In this document: positions 33,939-42,379 of the stretch, piece after piece
How the letters are laid out: each line of letters starts with the position of its first letter
Numbering within the stretch: the stretch's first letter is position 1
NCBI GenBank assembly: GCA_040754495.1
Contig: JBFMCO010000032.1
Coordinates: 123 to 64,122, forward strand
Length of the DNA stretch: 64,000 bases
Reading direction: 5' to 3'
From: Candidatus Micrarchaeota archaeon
GTDB lineage: Archaea; Micrarchaeota; Micrarchaeia; Anstonellales; Bilamarchaeaceae
Position numbers and translations under genes: made by a program
The notes under the pieces: model-generated
What the model was told of the DNA's origin: nothing
Seen by the model: the letters and a program-made list of their open reading frames with translations, nothing else
The model's database searches: none

Positions 33939-36218
33939 TCATCCTGCCTCGAAAAGCTTCATCTTGGCCTTCCACTGCTCGATGGCGTCCCTGAACTTGT
34001 CCTTGCTGATGAAAAGCATGGATTCCACGGTGCGGCCCTTCATCATCACCATGACGTTTTTCTCCCCTACCGCCACGAACGACTGGGGCGGGTGCTGCCC
34101 CAGGTTCTTGGCCATGGAGCGCAGGTATGCCGTCAGCTTGAGCGTGAGCGCGGTCATGACGGTCCCGCTCCCCTCTGCGAACTCTGTGAGCACGACCTTC
34201 TCCTGCTTCATCACGATGGCGCCCTTGAGCAGCCCCTTGCGTATCATATCCTGCACGAGCTGCTCCGGAGAGACCTTCCGTTTCTTGACCGCGTCCCTCT
34301 CGAAAACCAGGTTCTCGGCCCCGGCCTCCTTCACATAGCGCCCGAGGGCCCACGAGCGCAGGGAGGCCGGTATGGTCACGAGGGACGACAGATATACCTC
34401 GTCCTGCTCGTCGAGCATCTTGCCTATGCTCTCCTTCCACTTGGGCCAGCTCTCGTCAGCCAGTTTCTTCCTCTCCTTCACGCTTCCGATGGCGGTCTCG
34501 ACCTTGGCCAAATGATCGTCTACGAGGGCCTTGCTCCTTGCCGTCATCTCCTTGGCGAGCGTGTCGACCTTCTCGGCCTTCATGGCGGTCAGGATGTCGT
34601 ATTCCTTGCTCACGTCGAAGTCGTCCTTGGTATATTCCTCGAGGAGCGCCTCCAGCTCCTTTATCCTGTCCTTGAGGGAGGCCGCCCTGGCAAGGAACAG
34701 GTCCTTCTCCTGCCTTATCACCATGCCATAGGCCTTCTCGAGGATGGTGATTTTGGCCATGTTCTCCGCGGCGAAGTACGCCATCACGACTCCAACCAAG
34801 GTGAGTGCGATGCCGATTATTCCCATGTCGCTCTTGAGCAGGAAATCCACGGACTCGAGGAGCGGGGGCGTCGTCGTAGGCTGCGTAGCCATCGCGGACG
34901 ACACGTAATAGCCGGCGCCGAGGAAGATGATGGCCACGACGATGTCCGTCTTCCAGCGCACATCCGTCCTTCCGAACGCCTTCCTGAACCCTGTCGTGAT
35001 GCTTGCGCCCGCGGCCCGCTCGCTCACCATGGTGAAAAGCAGGACGAGGACGTTGTAGATGAGGAGGAGCACTGCCAGCGTCAGCCCGAAGGCCGCGCCC
35101 ATGGAAATGAAGTAGTTGCCGGTCGCCCCCTGCATGATGCCTAACATCGCGTTCGTGGGGGCGAGGACCGCGAGGTTCACGCTTTTGACCTTCAGGTCCG
35201 GCGTCCTCATGGCCGCAAGAAGCGCCTCGGGCGGCTGGTCGGATTCGAACTCGTAATAGAACAGGTAGCCCTCCTTGCTGGATTTGGCCGAGCTCCAGTT
35301 GATTGTCACGTAGCCGCCGCCGGTGGATGCGGAAAACGGCTGGATGGAGGAGATGTCCTCGCTCGGGTTAGGGAGCGCGGTTGCGGCTATCCTGTCCGTG
35401 AGGCTGACGCCCGCCACTTCGGTCCCTGGCTGGCCGCTTCCGCCCTTCTGCACGGGCTTGGCCGAGAGCGTCATCTTGTAGTGGTAGCTCGTGTTCTGGA
35501 CCTCGTATCTGCCCACCTTCCTCGCCGCCTCGAGCAGGTACGCGACTCCGTAATCGGAGTGCTGGCAGAGGGAAAGGTCGCCGTTCGTGTAGAGCGGGTT
35601 CGAGTTTATGTCCGCTATCGCGTGGATAATCTCGCGCGTCTTTCCGAGGAATATCGTCCTCTCGTCGTCTGTGGCGGTCCTGAGCCCGAGCACCATCCTC
35701 CTCGCGTCGAGCAGGAGGTTGCGTATCTCCCCGTTCGATGAGACATAGGATATCATGGAGCCGGCAAGGGCATCGCCGTTGACGTCCGCGATTCTCCTGC
35801 ATTTCAGGGAGGCGGCCGAGCAGAGCCTGCTGCACGTGCTGACATCCGAGCAGACGACGTTGCTGAGGCCTATTGCCTGGCTGCATGCGGCATCCGCCTG
35901 TATCCTGGATTTCGAGAATTCCTCGAGGTTCTGGTCGGCAACAAGCATGTCCACGTCGGTCAGGTTGGGGTCGACCTCCGTGTAAGCGCCGCTTGTCACG
36001 ACAGAGACCGTCATCTGCCTCTGCACGCTCATGCCGGAGGCCTCGTATGAAGATGGCGAGAAGTCGTACACGATGTAGTCCGAGGAGCCGTCCTCGTCAA
36101 GGTCGACTTCGAGCGTGTTCGTCAGCTGCTCGCTTTTCGCTCCCTGGAACGCCTTCTCCTCAAGGCAGCCGAACCCCAGAAGGAATATCGCTAGCAATAT
36201 GACGACGTGCAGACGCAT
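33939..36218 (-). CDS. large membrane protein: extracellular N-domain, TM bundle, coiled coil, C-terminal Roadblock/LC7-like domain
   Basis: 759-aa ORF. Lipobox-like signal (LLAIFLLGFGC), hydrophobic segments mid-protein, a heptad-rich region, and a C-terminus (LLKGAIVMKQEKVVLTEF...VAVGEKNVMVMMKGRTV.SMLFI) resembling Roadblock/LC7. Confidence 0.7.
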   Translation of the reverse strand: MRLHVVILLAIFLLGFGCLEEKAFQGAKSEQLTNTLEVDLDEDGSSDYIVYDFSPSSYEASGMSVQRQMTVSVVTSGAYTEVDPNLTDVDMLVADQNLEEFSKSRIQADAACSQAIGLSNVVCSDVSTCSRLCSAASLKCRRIADVNGDALAGSMISYVSSNGEIRNLLLDARRMVLGLRTATDDERTIFLGKTREIIHAIADINSNPLYTNGDLSLCQHSDYGVAYLLEAARKVGRYEVQNTSYHYKMTLSAKPVQKGGSGQPGTEVAGVSLTDRIAATALPNPSEDISSIQPFSASTGGGYVTINWSSAKSSKEGYLFYYEFESDQPPEALLAAMRTPDLKVKSVNLAVLAPTNAMLGIMQGATGNYFISMGAAFGLTLAVLLLIYNVLVLLFTMVSERAAGASITTGFRKAFGRTDVRWKTDIVVAIIFLGAGYYVSSAMATQPTTTPPLLESVDFLLKSDMGIIGIALTLVGVVMAYFAAENMAKITILEKAYGMVIRQEKDLFLARAASLKDRIKELEALLEEYTKDDFDVSKEYDILTAMKAEKVDTLAKEMTARSKALVDDHLAKVETAIGSVKERKKLADESWPKWKESIGKMLDEQDEVYLSSLVTIPASLRSWALGRYVKEAGAENLVFERDAVKKRKVSPEQLVQDMIRKGLLKGAIVMKQEKVVLTEFAEGSGTVMTALTLKLTAYLRSMAKNLGQHPPQSFVAVGEKNVMVMMKGRTVESMLFISKDKFRDAIEQWKAKMKLFEAG

Positions 36219-36353
36219 GAGGGAGATTCAATCAGAAAAGTTATAATATCTACTCCGCTGGCAAAAAAGCGAGAGGACCGCAATCCCCGTGGTCATTCAT
36301 CCCGTAGTGAACTCTTTTGGTCGGTTCGTTTCTGCGCAACTCCTCGCCTTTAG

Positions 36354-36366
36354 GCATTTAAATATT
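36354..36366 (+). promoter_or_regulatory. TATA-like box for cca
   Basis: GCATTTAAATATT is centred about 30 nt upstream of ATG 36392. Confidence 0.45.
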
Positions 36367-36391
36367 GCCTGGGACGGCACAACGACCGCAT

Positions 36392-37693
36392 ATGAAAACC
36401 ATCCTCTCCCGCGCCATAGCCGCGATCAAGCCGACGCAGGAGGAGCTCTCGCGCGAGCTCGGCTTCGCGGACCTGCTGATTGCGCACGTGAGGGAGAACG
36501 CCCCGGCAGGGTGCGACGTCGTCCTCACCGGCTCCATGGCCAAGCGCACGTTCCTGCGCGACAAGCGCGACATCGACATCTTCGTGCTCTTCGACCGCTC
36601 CGTGCCCAAGGAAAAGCTCGAGCCTTTCATGAAGGACGTGATGGAGGCCGCGTTCCCGGGCCTGGGCTACCAGCTCAGCTACGCCGAGCACCCGTACGTG
36701 CGCTTCCATTTCGAAGGCAGGCGCATAGACCTGGTCCCGGCTTACAAGATAGCGGACGCGTCAGAGCGCGTGAGCGCGGTCGACCGCTCGGTCCTCCACA
36801 CGAGATTCGTCCTCCGCTCGCTCAGGAAGGGCATGGTCGAGGATGTCCTCCTGCTCAAGCAGTTCCTCCGGGCGAACTCGCTTTACGGGGCCGAGATAAA
36901 AATCGAGGGCTTCTCGGGCTATCTCTGCGAGCTCCTGATTATAAGATACGGAAGCTTCCCGAAGCTCCTGCGCGCCGCATCGAAATGGAAGCAGCCGGTT
37001 TTCATCGACATATCCGGCCATCATGCGGGGAAGAAGGCGCAGGCCGAAACCCTGAAGCGGTTTGGCAGCGGCTTCGCGGTCGTGGACCCGACGGACGGGA
37101 ACAGGAACGTGGCGGCTGCCGTTTCCGAATCCAATTTCAGGCGTTTCGTTTCGCTCTCAAAATCATTCCTCAAGAAGCCCTCGGAATCGTTCTTCTTCCG
37201 CAAGGCCGAGACGTTCGAGGAGCAGGCAGGGAAGGCCTCGCGTAAAAGAAAGCTTTTCATGCTCTCGATGCCCCGGCCCGACGTGGTGGACGACATCCTC
37301 TGGGGCCAGCTCCACAAGATGCTCGGCCAGCTTCGGGCGCACCTGTTGGAATTCGGGCCCAAAGACATCATTGCCGACGACAGCAGGCACCTGGTCCGCC
37401 TCGCAATCATACTGGAAAAGGACCGCCTCCCGGAAAAAATGCTGGTCGCCGGGCCTCCCCTGGAGATGAAAAAGCACGTTGCTCAGTTCAAAAAGAGCCA
37501 CAGGAAGGCGAAGTTCATAGTCAAAAAGAAGAAGCTCTTCGCGGAGGTCAAGAGGCCGGTCTGGAGGGCGCAGGACGCCATGCGCTCCTTCTTCCGCGCA
37601 TACGCGGCCACTCGCTCGCACCTTGCTTATCCGGAGGAGATGCTGGTCCTCGAAACCCCGAAGATGGCTGTCAAGCGAAAGGCTTATAAGTAA
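36392..37693 (+). CDS. cca: CCA-adding enzyme (archaeal class I tRNA nucleotidyltransferase)
   Basis: Start at ATG 36392. Motifs: GSMAKRTFLRDKRDIDIFVLF (class I NT motif) and RSVLHTRF. Confidence 0.9.
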   Translation: MKTILSRAIAAIKPTQEELSRELGFADLLIAHVRENAPAGCDVVLTGSMAKRTFLRDKRDIDIFVLFDRSVPKEKLEPFMKDVMEAAFPGLGYQLSYAEHPYVRFHFEGRRIDLVPAYKIADASERVSAVDRSVLHTRFVLRSLRKGMVEDVLLLKQFLRANSLYGAEIKIEGFSGYLCELLIIRYGSFPKLLRAASKWKQPVFIDISGHHAGKKAQAETLKRFGSGFAVVDPTDGNRNVAAAVSESNFRRFVSLSKSFLKKPSESFFFRKAETFEEQAGKASRKRKLFMLSMPRPDVVDDILWGQLHKMLGQLRAHLLEFGPKDIIADDSRHLVRLAIILEKDRLPEKMLVAGPPLEMKKHVAQFKKSHRKAKFIVKKKKLFAEVKRPVWRAQDAMRSFFRAYAATRSHLAYPEEMLVLETPKMAVKRKAYK

Positions 37694-37696
37694 GAA

Positions 37697-37713
37697 AGTA
37701 AGAATATCTTACT
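37697..37713. promoter_or_regulatory. inverted repeat abutting antitoxin start (candidate operator)
   Basis: AGTAAGA-ATA-TCTTACT has perfect 7-bp arms and ends 1 nt before ATG 37714. Confidence 0.35.
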
Positions 37714-37995
37714 ATGTCCGATGTCGAGATAACGCACATGACCTCGAAAGGCCAGGTCGTAATCCCCTCAGCTATCCGCAGGGAAATCAGCGCCGCTGAA
37801 GGCACGGTTTTTGCTGTGTTCGGCAGCGGCGACACCATAGTCCTGAAGAAAATCCGCACCCCGAGCGCAGAGCAGTTCAAGAGGGATTGGACCGCCTTGG
37901 TCCGGGAAGGCTCCGGGAAGGTCAAAGCGCTGGGCATTCATGAGGCCGATGCCGCGAAAATCGTACGGAAGCGTCGCGCAAAAAGGCGCGGCTAG
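37714..37995 (+). CDS. AbrB/SpoVT-family antitoxin (VapB-like)
   Basis: 93-aa ORF. TSKGQVVIPSAIRREI...GDTIVLKKI matches the swapped-hairpin AbrB domain pattern. Confidence 0.7.
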   Translation: MSDVEITHMTSKGQVVIPSAIRREISAAEGTVFAVFGSGDTIVLKKIRTPSAEQFKRDWTALVREGSGKVKALGIHEADAAKIVRKRRAKRRG

Positions 37996-38042
37996 CCGCA
38001 GGCAGATGGTTTCCGCGGAAATCCGGCCTCCATCACCTTAAA

Positions 38043-38465
38043 ATGGCCAGTGCGCTCTCCTTCTCGATGCCGCGGCTTTTCCTGGATACCAACGTGCTCA
38101 TATCAGCGACTTTCTGGGAGGGCAGTTCGTATAATCTGCTGCTCAAGATAGCCGATGCCGCAGCATCCGGCTTCACGACCCGCGACGTCCTCCAGGAATA
38201 CCGCATAGTGCTCAAGCGTGACTTCGCTCTGAGCGAGGAAGGAGCGGACACCCGTATTGAAATGCTGCTCCGGATTTTAACCGTCGTGTCTCCGCACGAT
38301 AAAATAGATATGATACGCGAAGACCCATCAGACAACAGGATTCTGGAAGGCGCGCTGGAATCCAGAGCTGACTTCATCGTCTCTTACGACGAGCACCTTC
38401 TGAAGCTGGAATCCTTTCGGGGCATGGAGGTTGTGAAACCCGAGGATGCTTTGAAACGGCTCTAG
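38043..38465 (+). CDS. PIN-domain toxin (VapC-like)
   Basis: 140-aa ORF with LFLDTNVLISA (first acidic residue), later D/E residues (PSDNRILEGA, IVSYDEHL), and a typical size. Confidence 0.75.
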   Translation: MASALSFSMPRLFLDTNVLISATFWEGSSYNLLLKIADAAASGFTTRDVLQEYRIVLKRDFALSEEGADTRIEMLLRILTVVSPHDKIDMIREDPSDNRILEGALESRADFIVSYDEHLLKLESFRGMEVVKPEDALKRL

Positions 38466-38542
38466 AGCATCACCCTCCCGCCAAGAAGCGGGGCGGGCGT
38501 TTAAGCATATCATTTTAATCGCATTGCACCATGATTTAACAT

Positions 38543-38983
38543 ATGGATACAAGTGCAAAAACCGGGCAGCCGAAGGTTGCCGATGCCCCTGCCAGGAAAG
38601 GCAGCGGAAGAAACCGGTTCCTCAGCGCCACAGTCCTCACAGCATCCATTTTCGGCTCATGCGCATCAGGAGTGAGCCCCACTATAAGCTGCACGAATAA
38701 TCACAGCCTCAGGAGCGCCAGCCTGACCCTGCGGCTTCCTTACGGACGGGCGGCCATGGCCAGCTGCGGGTATAGCGGAATCAAAGATCCGGATTTTGTT
38801 CAAGGGGAATACTGCAGTTTAGGGATAGGAAAAGCCACGGGCCATAAGATAGCAGGCACTCTGGATGGGCGCATAGAGAAACGGGAGATTTACGATTTTG
38901 GCTTTTTCCATACCAGCAATTTTCTTTCAGGCTTCCCAAAGTTCGGGAGGGATAACGCCTCCCTGCCGCTTCGAGAGCGTTAA
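38543..38983 (+). CDS. hypothetical ORF (doubtful)
   Basis: 146-aa ORF in a stretch that looks lower in GC. It has no motif and its 3' end overlaps the convergent beta-CASP gene. Confidence 0.2.
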   Translation: MDTSAKTGQPKVADAPARKGSGRNRFLSATVLTASIFGSCASGVSPTISCTNNHSLRSASLTLRLPYGRAAMASCGYSGIKDPDFVQGEYCSLGIGKATGHKIAGTLDGRIEKREIYDFGFFHTSNFLSGFPKFGRDNASLPLRER

Positions 38984-40248
38984 AGCATTACCCTTTCCCC
39001 TGGCAGCGGAGCCAAGGCATCAAAACCATGCTCCTCCCCGAGCTCCTGCGCGAACTCCTCGGGCTTGTCACCGTGGACGAGCAGGATTCTCTCAGGGTTC
39101 GCCTTCTTTATGAAAGAAAGTATGTCGCTGCGCCCGGCATGCGCGGAGAAATCCAGGTATTCCACTGGCAAATCAATCTGCAGCTCCTGGTCGTCCTTCA
39201 TTATGCATCCCTTGTTCTGGAGCAGCCAGCCGTTCGTGCCTTCCACGCAGTATCCGGTGAATATCAGCTTCGAGTCGCTGTTCGCATTGAACATGTAGTT
39301 CAGGATGGGGCCCCCGTTCATCATGCCCGCGCTGGATATTATGACCGAGGGCTCCCTTGTCGCCGCCTTCTTGTCCGCCACAGAGCCGACCATGGTGACG
39401 CTGCGCACGGCCTTCCTGAACGATTCCGCGTCCCGAATGTACTTCGGATACTGGAGATACACCTTCGTGATGTCCCGCCCCATCCCGTCCACGAACACGG
39501 GGACCTCCTTGTCATAGGCGCGGATGAGCGCTACCAGCTCCTGCGTGCGGCCGAGCGCGAACGAGGGCAGGAGCGCGTTGCCGCCGCCCTCCAGCGTCTC
39601 GTATATCTCCTCCATCAGCTTCTCCTCTATCTCTTTTCTCGGCGGATGCTCCCGCTTCGAGTAGGTGCTCTCCATAACAAGGATGTCCACTCCGTCCGGG
39701 GCCTTGGCGCCGCGGTGCATGAGCGTGTCCTCGCACTTGAAGTCTCCGGTATAAAGCAGGCTCTTGTTGCGGTATTCCACCTCGACCATGGCCGAGCCGC
39801 TGATGTGGCCGGCGTCATGAAGCGCAATTGTCGTCTCGCCGCTCCGTATGGGGTGGTCATATAACAGCGGGTCCCAGCTCCGCATCGCCTTCTTCAGGTG
39901 CGGCAGGCGGTAGGGGAGCCCGTCGCCCATGATTTTCATGGAATCCGCCCAGAGGATTTCGCAGATGTCCTTCGTCGGGGGCGTGGAGTACCAAATCAGG
40001 TTGTTGTGGGTTTTGGGTTTCGTGTCCTGGTTGTAGAGCGCCGGGAGGCATCCGCTGTGGTCGAGGTGCGCGTGCGAGAGCACCATCATGTCGGGCTTCA
40101 GAGGCGTCTCAAGCGGGAACTTCGCCTTGCCGCTCTCGTCGAATATCTTTATGCCATAATCGAGCATGACGTTCCTGTCGGTGTGGAGAAGGAACGCGCT
40201 CCGCCCCACCTCGCGCGACGCGCCCAGGCATTCGACGAAGAAGTCCAT
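38980..40248 (-). CDS. metallo-beta-lactamase / beta-CASP family RNase (aCPSF2/RNase J-like)
   Basis: 422-aa ORF with the HAHLDHSG motif, downstream D/H motifs (HDAGHISGS, FSAHAG) and a length typical of archaeal beta-CASP proteins. Confidence 0.85.
   Translation of the reverse strand: MDFFVECLGASREVGRSAFLLHTDRNVMLDYGIKIFDESGKAKFPLETPLKPDMMVLSHAHLDHSGCLPALYNQDTKPKTHNNLIWYSTPPTKDICEILWADSMKIMGDGLPYRLPHLKKAMRSWDPLLYDHPIRSGETTIALHDAGHISGSAMVEVEYRNKSLLYTGDFKCEDTLMHRGAKAPDGVDILVMESTYSKREHPPRKEIEEKLMEEIYETLEGGGNALLPSFALGRTQELVALIRAYDKEVPVFVDGMGRDITKVYLQYPKYIRDAESFRKAVRSVTMVGSVADKKAATREPSVIISSAGMMNGGPILNYMFNANSDSKLIFTGYCVEGTNGWLLQNKGCIMKDDQELQIDLPVEYLDFSAHAGRSDILSFIKKANPERILLVHGDKPEEFAQELGEEHGFDALAPLPGERVML
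39999..40030. repeat. heptamer-family repeat copy inside beta-CASP gene
   Basis: GGTTGTT GTGGGTT TTGGGTT TCGTGTC. It encodes QDTKPKTHNN just after the HxHxDH motif. Confidence 0.4.
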
Positions 40249-40261
40249 GGGGCGGAATCAC

Positions 40262-40290
40262 ATATAAGATTAAATAAACGTATAGAAAAA
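40262..40290. promoter_or_regulatory. bidirectional AT-rich promoter element (beta-CASP gene / K+ channel operon)
   Basis: ATATAAGATTAAATAAACGTATAGAAAAA. Its TATA-like core lies about 23 nt from ATG 40248 (minus strand) and about 30 nt from ATG 40301 (plus strand). Confidence 0.4.
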
Positions 40291-40300
40291 AACAGTATTC

Positions 40301-40741
40301 ATGCCGAATTCGACGACCAAGCCGCTCATCATCCCGCTTGTCATACTGTCGATAATCTATGCGGTTTCCGTCCTGTTCTTCCATTACGTCGAGGGCTGGA
40401 ATTTCCTCGACGCCGCCTATTACACCACGGTAACGCTGGCCACCGTAGGATATGGTGATTTCACCCCCAAATCCGACCTGGGCAAAGTCGGGACTATAAT
40501 CCTCATTTTCACGGGCGTATCCACCGCGCTTTATGTCATAACCCACCTTGGATTAATCCGGGAGAGGACAATCGACCCGCACGTCCAGCGCAGGCTGGAA
40601 GTGCTCCGCAACCTGACCGCGCTCCAGACCGGCGGCGTGAAGAAGGAGGAGCTGAAGAAGATACGGGAGAAGATAAACGCCAAGGACGAGCCTGCCCCGA
40701 AAGAGAGGGACGCGCGCTCGCAAGGGTTCGGTAAGCTATGA
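40301..40741 (+). CDS. two-TM potassium channel (KcsA-type pore, no RCK domain)
   Basis: 146-aa ORF with selectivity filter TLATVGYGDFTP flanked by two hydrophobic helices. Confidence 0.85.
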   Translation: MPNSTTKPLIIPLVILSIIYAVSVLFFHYVEGWNFLDAAYYTTVTLATVGYGDFTPKSDLGKVGTIILIFTGVSTALYVITHLGLIRERTIDPHVQRRLEVLRNLTALQTGGVKKEELKKIREKINAKDEPAPKERDARSQGFGKL

Positions 40742-41421
40742 GCCTCTATGGGGAGAAATTCCTCAGGAACCCGCTTTCGGAAAGGGAGCAGGCCAGGATA
40801 AGGAAGGCGCGCTTTGCAATCGTCGGCCTCGGCGGCACCGGCGGCTTCATGCTCGAGAACCTCCTGCGCATGGGTGCGGAGCGGCTTCTCGTCTTCGACC
40901 ACGACCGCTTCGAGCTCTCAAACTTCAACCGCCAGCCCCTGGCCACGGAGGAATTCCTGGACATGCCTAAGGTGCATGCGGCACTGGCGCGCGCGAAGGC
41001 CATAAACAACGGCATACGGCTCGAGACGCGCGAAAAATTCGACGAGAGCTCCAGCCTGCGCGGCGCGGACATCGTGCTTGACGGGACGGACAATATCTGC
41101 TCGAAGCTTCTCATGGCGCGCGCGGCGAGGAAAGCCAAGCTCCCCTACGTCTTCTCCTCGGCGCAGGGGAGCCGCGGCATCGTCAGCGTCTTCACGTCCT
41201 ACCGATTCGAGAAGGCTTTCCAGCTTCCGCCGGACACGGGCGCCCTAGAGGCTTACGGGCGCTGCTCGAGCATCATCTGCCCGGCCGCGTCCCTTGCCGG
41301 CACGCTTGCCGCCTCGCAGGCCGCGAGCGTCCTTCTAAAAAAGCCGTTCGTTAAGGCGCCGCAGGCGCTATTCTTCGACCTTTTCAGGAAGGACGTCTTC
41401 TGGAGGGCGAAGCTCGGATGA
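40738..41421 (+). CDS. ThiF/MoeB/HesA-family E1-like adenylyltransferase
   Basis: 227-aa ORF with a Rossmann motif (FAIVGLGGTGGFMLENLLRMG) and DHDRFELSNFNRQ. ATGA overlap with the channel gene. Confidence 0.8.
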   Translation: MSLYGEKFLRNPLSEREQARIRKARFAIVGLGGTGGFMLENLLRMGAERLLVFDHDRFELSNFNRQPLATEEFLDMPKVHAALARAKAINNGIRLETREKFDESSSLRGADIVLDGTDNICSKLLMARAARKAKLPYVFSSAQGSRGIVSVFTSYRFEKAFQLPPDTGALEAYGRCSSIICPAASLAGTLAASQAASVLLKKPFVKAPQALFFDLFRKDVFWRAKLG

Positions 41422-41699
41422 AATACTACGTGGTCGAGCCCTGCACGACTGCCGGAGGCATAGAGATAAAGCTCCAGGATAAGAGGATAGACCTGAAGAA
41501 GGCCGAGAAGGCGTTCTCCAGGCTGGGAGAAGTGGTGGGCAGCAGCGCGGTGGTCCTGCTCGTCCGGCTCGAAGGATGCTCCATAAGCGTTTATGGTAGC
41601 GGGCGCATGATGGTGAAGGGAAAAATATCGCAAAAAGAAGGGCAGAAGCTTGCGGACAGGCTGATTGAGGCCCTGGAAAAGGCGGGTGCCGTATCATGA
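41418..41699 (+). CDS. small protein with TBP-fold-like half-domain pattern
   Basis: 93-aa ORF with ATGA overlaps on both sides. CSISVYGSGRMMVKGKISQKEGQKLADRLIEALEKAG resembles the TBP-repeat pattern ..IFSSGK.V.TGAKS.ED...A...I...L. Confidence 0.55.
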   Translation: MKYYVVEPCTTAGGIEIKLQDKRIDLKKAEKAFSRLGEVVGSSAVVLLVRLEGCSISVYGSGRMMVKGKISQKEGQKLADRLIEALEKAGAVS

Positions 41700-42352
41700 A
41701 AATAGACCTCCACGTCCACACGAAATACTCCACAGACGCGCTCATCGAGCCGAAGGCCCTTGCCAAAAAATCCCGTGAGTGCAGAGTCATCCCGGCGATT
41801 ACCGAGCACAACAACATGGATTCGCACAGGGAGCTGCGCTCGCTGAAAACCGACTTCATACCTGGCGAGGAGATAAGGACCGACAGGGGCGACCTCATCG
41901 GCCTCTATCTTTCAGAGCCGATAGCCAAGAACACGCCCTTCATGGAGGCAATAGACAAAATCCATTCACAGAGCGGCCTCGCCTACCTCCCGCACATGTA
42001 CGACAAGTCGCGCAAGGGCGTCGTTCCTTCCAAGAGGGAGGCGCGGAAGCTCGACATAATCGAGGCCTTCAACGCGCGTTGCCCGCTGGAGTCGTTCAAT
42101 GCGAGGGCTGCGGCTTTCGCAGAAGAGCACAAGCTCCCCAAAGCCTGCGGGAGCGACTCTCATTTCCTGATGGAGTTCGGCCATACATATGCGGAGCTGC
42201 CCGACTTCGACCCCGGGAATCCGAAAGCCCTTATCAAGGCGCTCAAAACCGGGAACCCTAAACTCAGGACCCGCAAGGCCGCGCTTTATCTGCGGGGCAC
42301 GACCACGTTCGTGGCCCTCGGAAGAAAACTAATTCACATGCTGAAGTTTTAA
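41696..42352 (+). CDS. PHP-domain metal-dependent phosphoesterase
   Basis: 218-aa ORF with MKIDLHVHTKYSTDA at the N-terminus, later His/Asp motifs (ITEHN, LPHMYD, GSDSH). Confidence 0.8.
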   Translation: MKIDLHVHTKYSTDALIEPKALAKKSRECRVIPAITEHNNMDSHRELRSLKTDFIPGEEIRTDRGDLIGLYLSEPIAKNTPFMEAIDKIHSQSGLAYLPHMYDKSRKGVVPSKREARKLDIIEAFNARCPLESFNARAAAFAEEHKLPKACGSDSHFLMEFGHTYAELPDFDPGNPKALIKALKTGNPKLRTRKAALYLRGTTTFVALGRKLIHMLKF

Positions 42353-42379
42353 ATTTCCGCGCCGCGCATTCAGCCCGAT

